The position numbers and the translations under genes are program-made. From Candidatus Limnocylindria bacterium (GTDB taxonomy: Bacteria; Chloroflexota; Limnocylindria; QHBO01), in NCBI GenBank assembly GCA_051000335.1, contig JBPCOK010000135.1, positions 1 to 53,750 on the forward strand: a stretch of DNA of 53,750 nucleotides. Reading direction: 5' to 3'. Shown one piece after another: positions 43,654 to 51,909 of this stretch. Each line of letters starts with the position of its first letter. Within the stretch, counting starts at the first letter, position 1. The notes below the pieces were generated by a model that saw only the letters and a program-made list of their open reading frames with translations, ran no database searches and was not told the DNA's origin.

Positions 43654-44880
43654 TTACGGCTGGTACGCGACTTCGCCATGCTGGGCGAGATCGAGCCCGG
43701 ATTCTTCTGCGTCGCCGGTGACGCGGATCGGGGTGACGAGGTTGACGAGGAAGAGGATCGCGGAGGTCACGGCGGCGGAATACGCCGCCACGACGGCCAC
43801 GCCGATGAGCTGGGTGACGACCTGTCCGCCGTTGCCGGCCAGTGCGCCATCCACGCCGCCGACCGCGGCCGTCGCGAAGATCCCCGTGGCGATGGCGCCG
43901 AAGGCACCACCGACACCGTGGACGGCGAACACGTCGAGGGCGTCATCGATCCGGGAGCGAAGTCGAAGCTGCGCGGCGCCGTAGCACACGACGCCGACGC
44001 CCAGCCCGATGAGGATGGACGCCGCCGGCGTGACGAATCCGGCCGCCGGGGTGATGGCGACGAGTCCGGCGACGGCCCCGATCGCGGCACCCAGTACGGA
44101 GGGCGTGCCCTTGTGGAGCCAGCTGATCGTGACCCACGTGATGGCGGCCATCGCGGCGGCCGTGTTCGTGGTGACGAATGCGGTGGCGGCGAGCCCGTTG
44201 GCGCCGACGGCGCTGCCGGCGTTGAAGCCGAACCATCCGAACCACAGGAGCCCGGCGCCCAGGACCGTCATCGGCACGTCGTGCGGCTCGGTCGCCGGCT
44301 CGATCAGGCCGGTGCGACGTCCGACGTAGAGGGCCGCAACGAGTGCTGCCACGCCGCTCGAGAGGTGGACGACCGTTCCGCCGGCGAAGTCGAGCACCCC
44401 GAGGCCGAACAGCCACCCGTCCGGGGACCAGACCCAGTGCGCGATCGGCGCATAGACGAAGGTGGACCACGCGACGGCGAACAGGACGAATGCCTTGAAT
44501 CGCTTGCGCTCGGCGAAGGCCCCACTGATGAGGGCCGGCGTGATGATGGCGAACATCATCTGGAAGGCCATGAAGGCGAGGTGGGGGACCGTGGTGGCGT
44601 AGACGTCGGATGGCTCGCCGGTCACGCCCTCGAGCGCGAGCCAGTCGAGGCCGCCGATCAGTCCGAGGCCGGTATCGGGCCCGAACGCCAGCGTGTAGCC
44701 CCACAGGACCCACGTCACGCTGACCAGCCCGAGGATGAAGAAGCTGTGCATGATCGTACTGAGCACGTTCTTACGTCGGACGAGGCCGCCGTAGAAGAGG
44801 GCGAGTCCCGGGGTCATGAGCATGACGAGCGCCGCGCTCATCAGCACCCAGGCGGTGTCTCCGGTGTCGACCGTGGGCAT
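43654..44880 (-). CDS. amt: ammonium transporter
   Basis: MPTVDTGDTAWVLMSAALVMLMTPGLALFYGG is a typical Amt N-terminus, and AGGTVVHLSSG and VHGVGG are present. ATG 44880 follows AGGAG. Confidence 0.95.
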   Translation of the reverse strand: MPTVDTGDTAWVLMSAALVMLMTPGLALFYGGLVRRKNVLSTIMHSFFILGLVSVTWVLWGYTLAFGPDTGLGLIGGLDWLALEGVTGEPSDVYATTVPHLAFMAFQMMFAIITPALISGAFAERKRFKAFVLFAVAWSTFVYAPIAHWVWSPDGWLFGLGVLDFAGGTVVHLSSGVAALVAALYVGRRTGLIEPATEPHDVPMTVLGAGLLWFGWFGFNAGSAVGANGLAATAFVTTNTAAAMAAITWVTISWLHKGTPSVLGAAIGAVAGLVAITPAAGFVTPAASILIGLGVGVVCYGAAQLRLRSRIDDALDVFAVHGVGGAFGAIATGIFATAAVGGVDGALAGNGGQVVTQLIGVAVVAAYSAAVTSAILFLVNLVTPIRVTGDAEESGLDLAQHGEVAYQP

Positions 44881-44956
44881 CGGGGCTCCTGCGTGGAGTG
44901 GATGGATGTTGTGCAGGAAGCCTAGGCACCGAGGAACAGGCAAACCAGCGATGCCC

Positions 44957-44995
44957 GGTTGCTGAACGGTTGCAACGTTGTGCACAATGCACAAC
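44957..44995. promoter_or_regulatory. array of GTTGC/GCAAC half-sites and palindromes upstream of amt (candidate regulator binding site)
   Basis: The plus strand reads GGTTGC-tgaac-GGTTGCAAC-GTTGTGCA-caa-TGCACAAC. There is an 8-3-8 perfect palindrome at 44977-44995, the palindrome GTTGCAAC at 44969-44976, and GGTTGC repeated 11 bp apart. Confidence 0.35.
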
Positions 44996-45001
44996 CGCGG
45001 T

Positions 45002-46138
45002 CTACGCCGGACGGTCCGCTGCGAGCTGGCGCGGTGGTCGCGTTCCGTCCAGGATCACTCGGGCCGCGATCGCGGCCGAGGCGGGGCCGGTGCTGATGCC
45101 CCACGGGCCGTGGCCGGCACAGACGACGAGGCCGGAGGTCCCCGGATAGTCGCCGATGAACGGTCGTCCGTCGATCGACTGAGGGCGTGCGCAGATCCGT
45201 CGCTCGACGACGTCGGCGTTGGCGATGGCGGGCAGGTAGGCCACGCCGCGTCGAAGGAGGAGGGCGGCGATGCGCGACGGATCGGGCTCTTCGGGCAGGA
45301 ACGTCGAGCCCAGCGTGCTGACCCCGTCCGCGCTGGCCAGGCTGAACAATGACGGAGGGTCGTCCGCGCCCGCCGTCACGGCGTGAGCGGTGGCGGTGTG
45401 GGATCGGTTGATCGTGCCCACCTCATCCTCCTCGACGATGTGCCTCGGGGCCTCGCCATCGAGGCGGACCTGGACGGTCACTCCCCACGTCGCGCGAATC
45501 GGGACCCAGGTGCCGCTCGGATCGACGAGCGACGCCGTCCACGGACCGGCCGCCACGAGGACCGCATCGGCGCCGATGCTCGTCCCGTCTGCCAGCTCGA
45601 CGCCGACCGCCGCGCCGTGCTCGATCACCGGTCGAGCGGAGCTCCCGATGCGAATCCGCGCCCCGCGCTCCTCGGCCAGGCGGGCCCATGCGCGGGTCGC
45701 TGAGGCGGGCGGGATGGGATAGCCGGTCGCGAGCCGCACGGCGGCAAATCCTGGGCTGAGGCTGGGCTCCAGGCGCGTCACGTCGTCGGGCGCGAGGAAT
45801 CGCGGGGCGAGCTCGGGCACGGCCTCCCGGTAGCGGGCCGCCTGCGTTTCGGCCGCGTCCTCGTCGCGGTTGAGGAGGAGGAGGCCCGCGGGCTCGGCAC
45901 CGATCGCGAAGTCCTCGGATCCATCGGCCAGCGCCCGGTATCGGCTCAGGCTCTCCTGGTACAGCGGCGCGAGGGCCGGGTCGAACGGATGCTGGATGGC
46001 ACCGAGATTGCGGCCCGATGCTCCCGCAGCGATGTCGGCGCCCTCGACCAGCGTGACCCGCGCTCCCCGCGTTGCCAGGATCGCCGCCGCCGCGCATCCG
46101 ATGATCCCGCCGCCGATGACCACGATCTCGCTCCGCAT
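45002..46138 (-). CDS. FAD-dependent oxidoreductase (DAO family, glycine/D-amino-acid oxidase-like)
   Basis: MRSEIVVIGGGIIGCAAAAILATRGARVTLVE is a dinucleotide-binding motif, and ASGRNLG is present. Confidence 0.85.
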   Translation of the reverse strand: MRSEIVVIGGGIIGCAAAAILATRGARVTLVEGADIAAGASGRNLGAIQHPFDPALAPLYQESLSRYRALADGSEDFAIGAEPAGLLLLNRDEDAAETQAARYREAVPELAPRFLAPDDVTRLEPSLSPGFAAVRLATGYPIPPASATRAWARLAEERGARIRIGSSARPVIEHGAAVGVELADGTSIGADAVLVAAGPWTASLVDPSGTWVPIRATWGVTVQVRLDGEAPRHIVEEDEVGTINRSHTATAHAVTAGADDPPSLFSLASADGVSTLGSTFLPEEPDPSRIAALLLRRGVAYLPAIANADVVERRICARPQSIDGRPFIGDYPGTSGLVVCAGHGPWGISTGPASAAIAARVILDGTRPPRQLAADRPA

Positions 46139-46144
46139 GGCGAG

Positions 46145-46150
46145 AGCATA
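46145..46150 (-). promoter_or_regulatory. -10 hexamer TATGCT 6 nt upstream of the oxidoreductase ATG (leaderless-type)
   Basis: The minus strand reads GGTATGCT-ctcgcc-ATG. Confidence 0.35.
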
Positions 46151-46166
46151 CCGGCCCGGGCCCGTC

Positions 46167-46172
46167 TACCAT
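46167..46172 (+). promoter_or_regulatory. -10 hexamer TACCAT 8 nt upstream of the pth ATG (leaderless-type)
   Basis: The sequence is TACCAT-cggcggcc-ATG. Confidence 0.4.
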
Positions 46173-46180
46173 CGGCGGCC

Positions 46181-46756
46181 ATGAGGGTGATCTGCGGGCT
46201 CGGCAATCCCGGGGAGCGGTACCGGCTCACGCGCCACAACGTCGGGTTTCGCACCGTGGACCTGCTGGCCGACCGCTGGGGCGAGACGGGAGCCGGCCGT
46301 CTCAGGGACGGAGCGGCCGTTCTCGAGGTGCGGCGACCCGAGCCGGTTGGGCGTGTGCTGCTCGTGAAGCCGCTGCGCTACATGAACCGCTCGGGCGGTC
46401 CGCTGCGGGCGTCCGTGCGTCAGACGGACGTCGAGATCGAGTCGGATCTCCTCGTGGTGACCGACGACATCGACCTGCCCCTCGGTCGGATCCGTCTGCG
46501 CCGGTCCGGTTCCGCGGGCGGTCACAACGGCCTGCGGGACATCATCAGCTCGTTCGGCACGAACGAGTTCGCACGGCTTCGGGTGGGCGTGGGTCGGGCG
46601 GGCGATGCCGTTGACCACGTACTCGCGTCATTCGCTCCCGATGAGCGCGGGCTGGCGGACGAGATGGTCGCCGTGGCCGGAGATGCCGCCGAGGCCTGGC
46701 TGGACGGCGGCATCGACGCCGCGATGAACGCCTTCAACGGGGTGGAGCTCGAGTAG
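46181..46756 (+). CDS. pth: peptidyl-tRNA hydrolase
   Basis: MRVICGLGNPGERYRLTRHNVGF is present along with GGHNGLRD. The track ORF starts 64 codons too early. Confidence 0.9.
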   Translation: MRVICGLGNPGERYRLTRHNVGFRTVDLLADRWGETGAGRLRDGAAVLEVRRPEPVGRVLLVKPLRYMNRSGGPLRASVRQTDVEIESDLLVVTDDIDLPLGRIRLRRSGSAGGHNGLRDIISSFGTNEFARLRVGVGRAGDAVDHVLASFAPDERGLADEMVAVAGDAAEAWLDGGIDAAMNAFNGVELE

Positions 46757-46769
46757 ATCGACGTCCGGG

Positions 46770-46775
46770 TACCAT
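46770..46775 (+). promoter_or_regulatory. -10 hexamer TACCAT 11 nt upstream of the mfd ATG
   Basis: The sequence is GGTACCAT-ggctcccgtcc-ATG, with no Shine-Dalgarno. Confidence 0.3.
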
Positions 46776-46786
46776 GGCTCCCGTCC

Positions 46787-49700
46787 ATGTCTCCATCGCG
46801 CGGCGGTGACGGCCGCGTTGCTGCGCTCGTTGACGCCCTGCGGCCCCATTTGCCGCAACCGGGCGTCCTCCGTGTGCCATCCATCGCACGGGCCGCGCAC
46901 CTCGCCGCACGCCGCGCGGACCTGAACGCGGCACGGGCGCTGGTCGTCGTCACGAGGACCGACGAGGAGGCCCACCGCATCGGCGATGACCTGGTGGGAT
47001 GGATCGGTGACGACCGCCTGCTCCTGCTGCCGGAGCGTGCCGCGCTGCCGCTGGAGCGCGCCCTCCCCGAACACGACGAATCGTCGGAACGGCTGACCGT
47101 CCTCGCGTCGATGAGCCCGAGCGACGGGCTGGTGGTCGTCTCCTCCCTGCTCGCGCTCGCCCAGCGAACGCTCGGCGTCGATCAGCTGCGCCAGGCCAGG
47201 ATTCCGGTCGCCCTCGGCGCCCGGCTCGCCCAGCGGGAGCTCCTGGCGGCCCTCATCGCCGGCGGCTATGAGCCGGCGGTCGAGGTGACCGGTGTCGCGG
47301 AATTCGCCCATCGCGGCGGGCTGGTGGACGTCTGGCCATCGGGCGCCACGGAACCGGTCCGCATCGAGCTCTTCGGAGACGAGGTGGACTCCATCCGGAG
47401 TTTCGACCCGATGTCGCAGGCGTCGCGCCGCCGCCTCGACGGCATCGACCTGCTGCCGGCATCGGAATTCCTGCCCGCCGGCGGGTGGGAGAAGGTCGTC
47501 GATCGCGACCCGGAACTCGGGTCGGACATGCTGCGCGAGGACGCGGTCCGCCTCGAGCAGGGAGACCTCGGGGAAGCGGCAGAGACCTGGGCTGCGCTTC
47601 TGACCGCGGGACCCGCTGCAGATCACGTAGCAGCCGATGCGCACGTCGTGCTCACCGACCATGGAGAGCTGGCCGCGCTAGCGCGCGACCTGGACGCCCA
47701 GGCAGCGGACCGCCTGTCCGGTCTCCTCGCCAGCGGAGAGCTGCCGGCTTCGTGGCCGGCGCCGTATCGAGCGGCGGAGACCCTGGAGTCGCTCCATGCG
47801 GTCGCCGCGGAGTCCCTCGAGGAGGACGCGCCCGCTGACGCCGGCTTCACCTCAGCCGCGGCCCTCCCCGGACGTGCCGAACGTGCCGGCAGCTGGATCG
47901 CCGAGCTGGCCGCCGAGGGACGGCGGGTCGTCGTGACGACGGACCAGGCGAGCCGCGTGGGCGAGCTGCTCGAGGAGGCGGGTCGACCGACGGCCCCACA
48001 GGCCGAGCTGCGTTCGGTTCCGCCGCCGGGAACGGTCGCCCTCGTGCACGGCTCGCTGTCCGGAGGGCTCGACCACCCGGCGAGCGGACTCCTGCTGATC
48101 ACGGATCGGGAGCTCTTCGGCGCCACCCGCATCCGCCGCCTGGCGTCGTCGAAGCGGGTGGTCACTCGCGACCTCATCGGCAAGCTGGAGCCGGGCGACC
48201 ACGTAGTCCACGTCGACCACGGGATCGCGCGCTACGTCGGGATGACCCAGCGGACGTTCGGTGACGACCTCAAGGAGTACCTGCAGCTCGACTTCGCCGG
48301 CAGCGACAAGATCTTCCTGCCGGCCGATCAGATCGGGCGGATCACCCGCTACTCGGGTGGGCCGGCCCCCGCGCTCAGCAAGCTCGGCGGTACCGAGTGG
48401 GAGCGGACGAAGACGCGCGTCCGGCGCGCGGTGGGTGACCTGGCGCGCGAGCTCATCGAGATCTACGCGGCGCGCGAGTCGGTGCCGGGCTTCGCGTTCA
48501 GCGCCGACACGACGTGGCAGCGCGAGCTCGAGGAGAGCTTCCCCTACACCGAGACCCCCGATCAGGCGCGCAGCATCGAGGAGGTCAAAGCCGACATGCT
48601 TCGGCGCCGGCCGATGGATCGGCTCGTGGTCGGCGATGTCGGGTACGGCAAGACCGAGGTCGCCCTGCGCGCCGCGTTCAAGGCGATCCAGGATGGCAAG
48701 CAGGTCGCGCTGCTGGTCCCGACGACCGTCCTCGCGCAGCAGCACCTCATCACCCTGGAGCGGCGCCTGGCCGCGTTCCCGATCACGGTGGCGATGCTCA
48801 GTCGATTCGTCGCGAAGAAAGAGCAGCAGCGGATCGTGGACGGAGTCTCCGAAGGGAGCGTCGACATCCTCATCGGGACCCATCGGATCCTTTCGAAGGA
48901 CATCGCGTTCGCCGACCTCGGGCTCCTCATCGTGGACGAGGAGCAGCGGTTCGGCGTCTCCCACAAGGAACGCATCAAGACTATGCGACGCGAGGTGGAC
49001 GTGCTGACCCTGTCCGCCACGCCGATTCCGCGCACGCTGCACCTGTCATTGGTCGGCATCCGCGATCTCTCGGTCATCGAGACGCCACCCGAGGCCCGCC
49101 TCCCGATCCAGACCCGAATCGCCGAGGACGACGACGGGCTGGTGCGCGATGCCATCAGCCGCGAGATCGACCGCGGCGGCCAGGTCTTCTATGTCCACAA
49201 CCGGGTGGAGACGATCGAGGCGGCCGCCGAGCGCGTGCGCCGCCTCGTCCCGGGGGCGAGGATCGCGATCGGGCACGGGCAGATGGCGGAGGGGAGGCTC
49301 GAGCGCGTGATGCTCGACTTCAGCGCCGGTCGCTTCGACGTCCTCGTGTGCACCACGATCATCGAGTCCGGCCTCGACATCCCGAATGCGAACACGATCA
49401 TCATCGTGCGCGCCGATACGTTCGGGCTCGCCCAGCTCTACCAGCTGCGTGGCCGGGTCGGCCGATCTGATCGACGTGCGCACGCCTACCTGCTCCATCG
49501 GCGCGGGCTGCCGCTCACGCCGATCGCCCGAAAACGACTCCATGCGATCTTCAGCGCGTCCGACCTCGGTGCCGGATACCAGATCGCCCTCTCCGACCTC
49601 GAGATCCGTGGGGCCGGCAACATCCTCGGTGCCGAGCAGCACGGCTTCATGGCGGCGGTCGGGTTCGAGATGTATACCCGGATGCTGGCCGAGGCCGTGG

Positions 49701-50179
49701 ATATGCTCCGCGGCCACCTCCCGCCACCCGAGCCTTCGCCGATCCGCCTCGACCTCCCGGGCTCGGCGTACCTCCCCGACGACTATGTCGCGGATTCGGG
49801 AGCCAAGCTCGAGGCGTACCGGCGCTTCGCGCGCCTCCGGACCGCTGACGAGGCAGAGGCATGGCGTGCCGAGCTCATGGACCGATACGGCCCGATTCCG
49901 GCTCCGGTCGACGGGCTCTTCACCGCGGTCCGTGTGCGGCTTGCGGCCGAGGCCGCCGGCGTGCCGGAGGTCCGCGCCGAGGAGGGCCGCGTCACCCTGA
50001 AGTGGGTCCGCATGCCCGATCGTCATGCCATCAGCGTGGCGCTGCAGGTCGCCGGCCTGCGGCCCGACACCGCGTCGAACCAGGTGCGCATTCCCGTGGG
50101 GAGCGGGCGGAATCCCGTCGAGGTGGCCCTCAACGCGCTCGCCGCGCTCACCGCCCGACCGGAGCCCGCGCTCACCTGA
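46787..50179 (+). CDS. mfd: transcription-repair coupling factor
   Basis: 1130 aa. It has a CarD-like segment (GDHVVHVDHGIARYVG), helicase motifs VGDVGYGKTEV and LLIVDEEQRFG, and a TRCF C-terminal domain. It shows pth-mfd synteny. Confidence 0.95.
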   Translation: MSPSRGGDGRVAALVDALRPHLPQPGVLRVPSIARAAHLAARRADLNAARALVVVTRTDEEAHRIGDDLVGWIGDDRLLLLPERAALPLERALPEHDESSERLTVLASMSPSDGLVVVSSLLALAQRTLGVDQLRQARIPVALGARLAQRELLAALIAGGYEPAVEVTGVAEFAHRGGLVDVWPSGATEPVRIELFGDEVDSIRSFDPMSQASRRRLDGIDLLPASEFLPAGGWEKVVDRDPELGSDMLREDAVRLEQGDLGEAAETWAALLTAGPAADHVAADAHVVLTDHGELAALARDLDAQAADRLSGLLASGELPASWPAPYRAAETLESLHAVAAESLEEDAPADAGFTSAAALPGRAERAGSWIAELAAEGRRVVVTTDQASRVGELLEEAGRPTAPQAELRSVPPPGTVALVHGSLSGGLDHPASGLLLITDRELFGATRIRRLASSKRVVTRDLIGKLEPGDHVVHVDHGIARYVGMTQRTFGDDLKEYLQLDFAGSDKIFLPADQIGRITRYSGGPAPALSKLGGTEWERTKTRVRRAVGDLARELIEIYAARESVPGFAFSADTTWQRELEESFPYTETPDQARSIEEVKADMLRRRPMDRLVVGDVGYGKTEVALRAAFKAIQDGKQVALLVPTTVLAQQHLITLERRLAAFPITVAMLSRFVAKKEQQRIVDGVSEGSVDILIGTHRILSKDIAFADLGLLIVDEEQRFGVSHKERIKTMRREVDVLTLSATPIPRTLHLSLVGIRDLSVIETPPEARLPIQTRIAEDDDGLVRDAISREIDRGGQVFYVHNRVETIEAAAERVRRLVPGARIAIGHGQMAEGRLERVMLDFSAGRFDVLVCTTIIESGLDIPNANTIIIVRADTFGLAQLYQLRGRVGRSDRRAHAYLLHRRGLPLTPIARKRLHAIFSASDLGAGYQIALSDLEIRGAGNILGAEQHGFMAAVGFEMYTRMLAEAVDMLRGHLPPPEPSPIRLDLPGSAYLPDDYVADSGAKLEAYRRFARLRTADEAEAWRAELMDRYGPIPAPVDGLFTAVRVRLAAEAAGVPEVRAEEGRVTLKWVRMPDRHAISVALQVAGLRPDTASNQVRIPVGSGRNPVEVALNALAALTARPEPALT

Positions 50180-51785
50180 CGGAGCGTTCGAGCGACCACG
50201 CCTCGACGGGCTCGCGCCGGCCTTTGAGCTGGCGGGGCCCGAGCGGCGTTGCCACGAGACCCGGGACGCCCTCGATGCCGGCATGAGTCAGCGCTCCGAT
50301 GACGACCTGGCCGGGTTCGGCGACGCTCAGCAGCCGGGCGGCCACGTTCGTCGCGTCGCCGATCGATGCGAAGCTGCGTCGGGCCTGCGCACCGACGTTT
50401 CCCGCCACCACCGGCCCCGTGTTGACCCCGACGCGGAATCGCGGCCACGCCCGCTCGGACGCGATCGCGTCGGTCTTCTCCAGCAGATCCAGCGCGCATG
50501 ACGCCGCGCGCGACGCGTGGTCCGGCTGCTCGACGAAGGCGTTGAACAGCACGAGCACCCCGTCGCCGGCGAAGTGCTCGACGCTGCCCTGCCGAGCGTC
50601 GATGATCGGCACGACGGACGCCCAGTACGTATTGAGCATGGTGATCACGACGTCGGGCTTCTGACGTTCACTGAACGACGTGAAGCCCGCAACGTCGGCG
50701 AACATGGCCGTGACGATGCGCGTCTCACCGCCCAGGCGGCTCGCCTCGTCGGTCTCGCGCAGGCGATCGGCGGCATGCTGGGGCAGGTAGGGGCGGAACA
50801 GCTCGTCAACGCGCCGCAGCTCGTGGGCGGCCGCGGTGAGGGCGCTGATATCCTCGGCCGACGCGCCGTCGGCCCGGAGGTCGGTGATCAGCCCCTCGAT
50901 CGGCGCGCCCTTCGCCTCGAGCTCCCCGATCTCGGCCATTGCCCGGCTGTGCCACTGGTCGATGTGAGCCAGGGTGGCCGATCGATACACCGGGCGGAGG
51001 GCGGACACGAGCGATCCGGTCCGCCGATACTCGGCCCGCGTCGCAAGCGCGATCGTGGCGAAGGCGATCGTCATGAGCACGTGCCACTCCCACCAGCTGA
51101 GCCGCCAGGCGCGGCTGAATGCGACCGCCACCATCGCCTCCGCCAGCAGCACCATGGCCGCCACCAGGGCAAGCCCGAGCGGGCTGGATCGACGACGGGC
51201 GACCCCGGCATAGCGCCACGCGGCGTATGCATAGAGCGCGACCGCGATGGCCGCGACCCCGGCGATCGGTCCGGAGATCGCCTCCGCCGACATCGGGGAA
51301 GCCAGCGGCGCGAGCTCGAGCAAAGATGCGGCTCCCCAGGCGACGAGCAGGCCGACCGCGCCGGCGCGCAGGGCGCCGTGGCGCCGGATCACGAACCGAC
51401 CGTGCGGTCCGGCCAACGGGCTGACGGACGCCGCGCTGAGAATCGAGGCCAGGATCAACCCGACCGGGGTCGCGATCACGAACCCGGTGTTCGGATCCTC
51501 GAGGAGCGCACCGGGTGTCGCCAGCGCGTGGAGCCCCAGGAAGCCCGCGCTCAGCAGGAATGCGAGGCTGATGAGGATGAGCCTGGCGTCGGCGTGCCGG
51601 CCGGCTGCCTCGTTCGTGACGAACGCCAGGACGACGCTGATGGCGGCCGTTCCGAGCACGAGCCAGAAGTGACTCGGATGGTGCTCCCACGTCAGGTCGA
51701 GCCCCGGCCGCACGATGAGCAGCGCCAGTCCCAGCAGGGGGAGGAGCAGGGCAACGAGGATCGGGATCCGGCGACGCTCGGGCAT
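50172..51785 (-). CDS. membrane-bound class III adenylate/guanylate cyclase with an N-terminal ~8-TM domain
   Basis: Eight hydrophobic helices and a helical linker precede the cyclase domain ([53 protein letters not shown]). Confidence 0.85.
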   Translation of the reverse strand: MPERRRIPILVALLLPLLGLALLIVRPGLDLTWEHHPSHFWLVLGTAAISVVLAFVTNEAAGRHADARLILISLAFLLSAGFLGLHALATPGALLEDPNTGFVIATPVGLILASILSAASVSPLAGPHGRFVIRRHGALRAGAVGLLVAWGAASLLELAPLASPMSAEAISGPIAGVAAIAVALYAYAAWRYAGVARRRSSPLGLALVAAMVLLAEAMVAVAFSRAWRLSWWEWHVLMTIAFATIALATRAEYRRTGSLVSALRPVYRSATLAHIDQWHSRAMAEIGELEAKGAPIEGLITDLRADGASAEDISALTAAAHELRRVDELFRPYLPQHAADRLRETDEASRLGGETRIVTAMFADVAGFTSFSERQKPDVVITMLNTYWASVVPIIDARQGSVEHFAGDGVLVLFNAFVEQPDHASRAASCALDLLEKTDAIASERAWPRFRVGVNTGPVVAGNVGAQARRSFASIGDATNVAARLLSVAEPGQVVIGALTHAGIEGVPGLVATPLGPRQLKGRREPVEAWSLERSVR

Positions 51786-51813
51786 CGTCGGCGAATTGTC
51801 GCATGTCCCGCGC

Positions 51814-51819
51814 TATACT
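51814..51819 (+). promoter_or_regulatory. -10 hexamer TATACT upstream of acn
   Basis: TATACT lies about 90 nt upstream of GTG 51910. The leader ends in AAGGAGG. Confidence 0.3.
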
Positions 51820-51909
51820 TGGACCCTTCTCGACCCGGGGCGGGCGCACCCGTCCGGCGCCGACTTCTCAGCGCAGCCGCGAGAGCGTGGCCACGACAAG
51901 GAGGCGACC

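Noticed and set aside
43494-43679. The 61-aa version of the small ORF downstream of amt.
   Set aside because: Its first 19 codons would overlap the amt 3' end and lack an RBS. The internal ATG 43622 has AAGGAG at the proper distance, so only the 42-aa form is reported, at low confidence.
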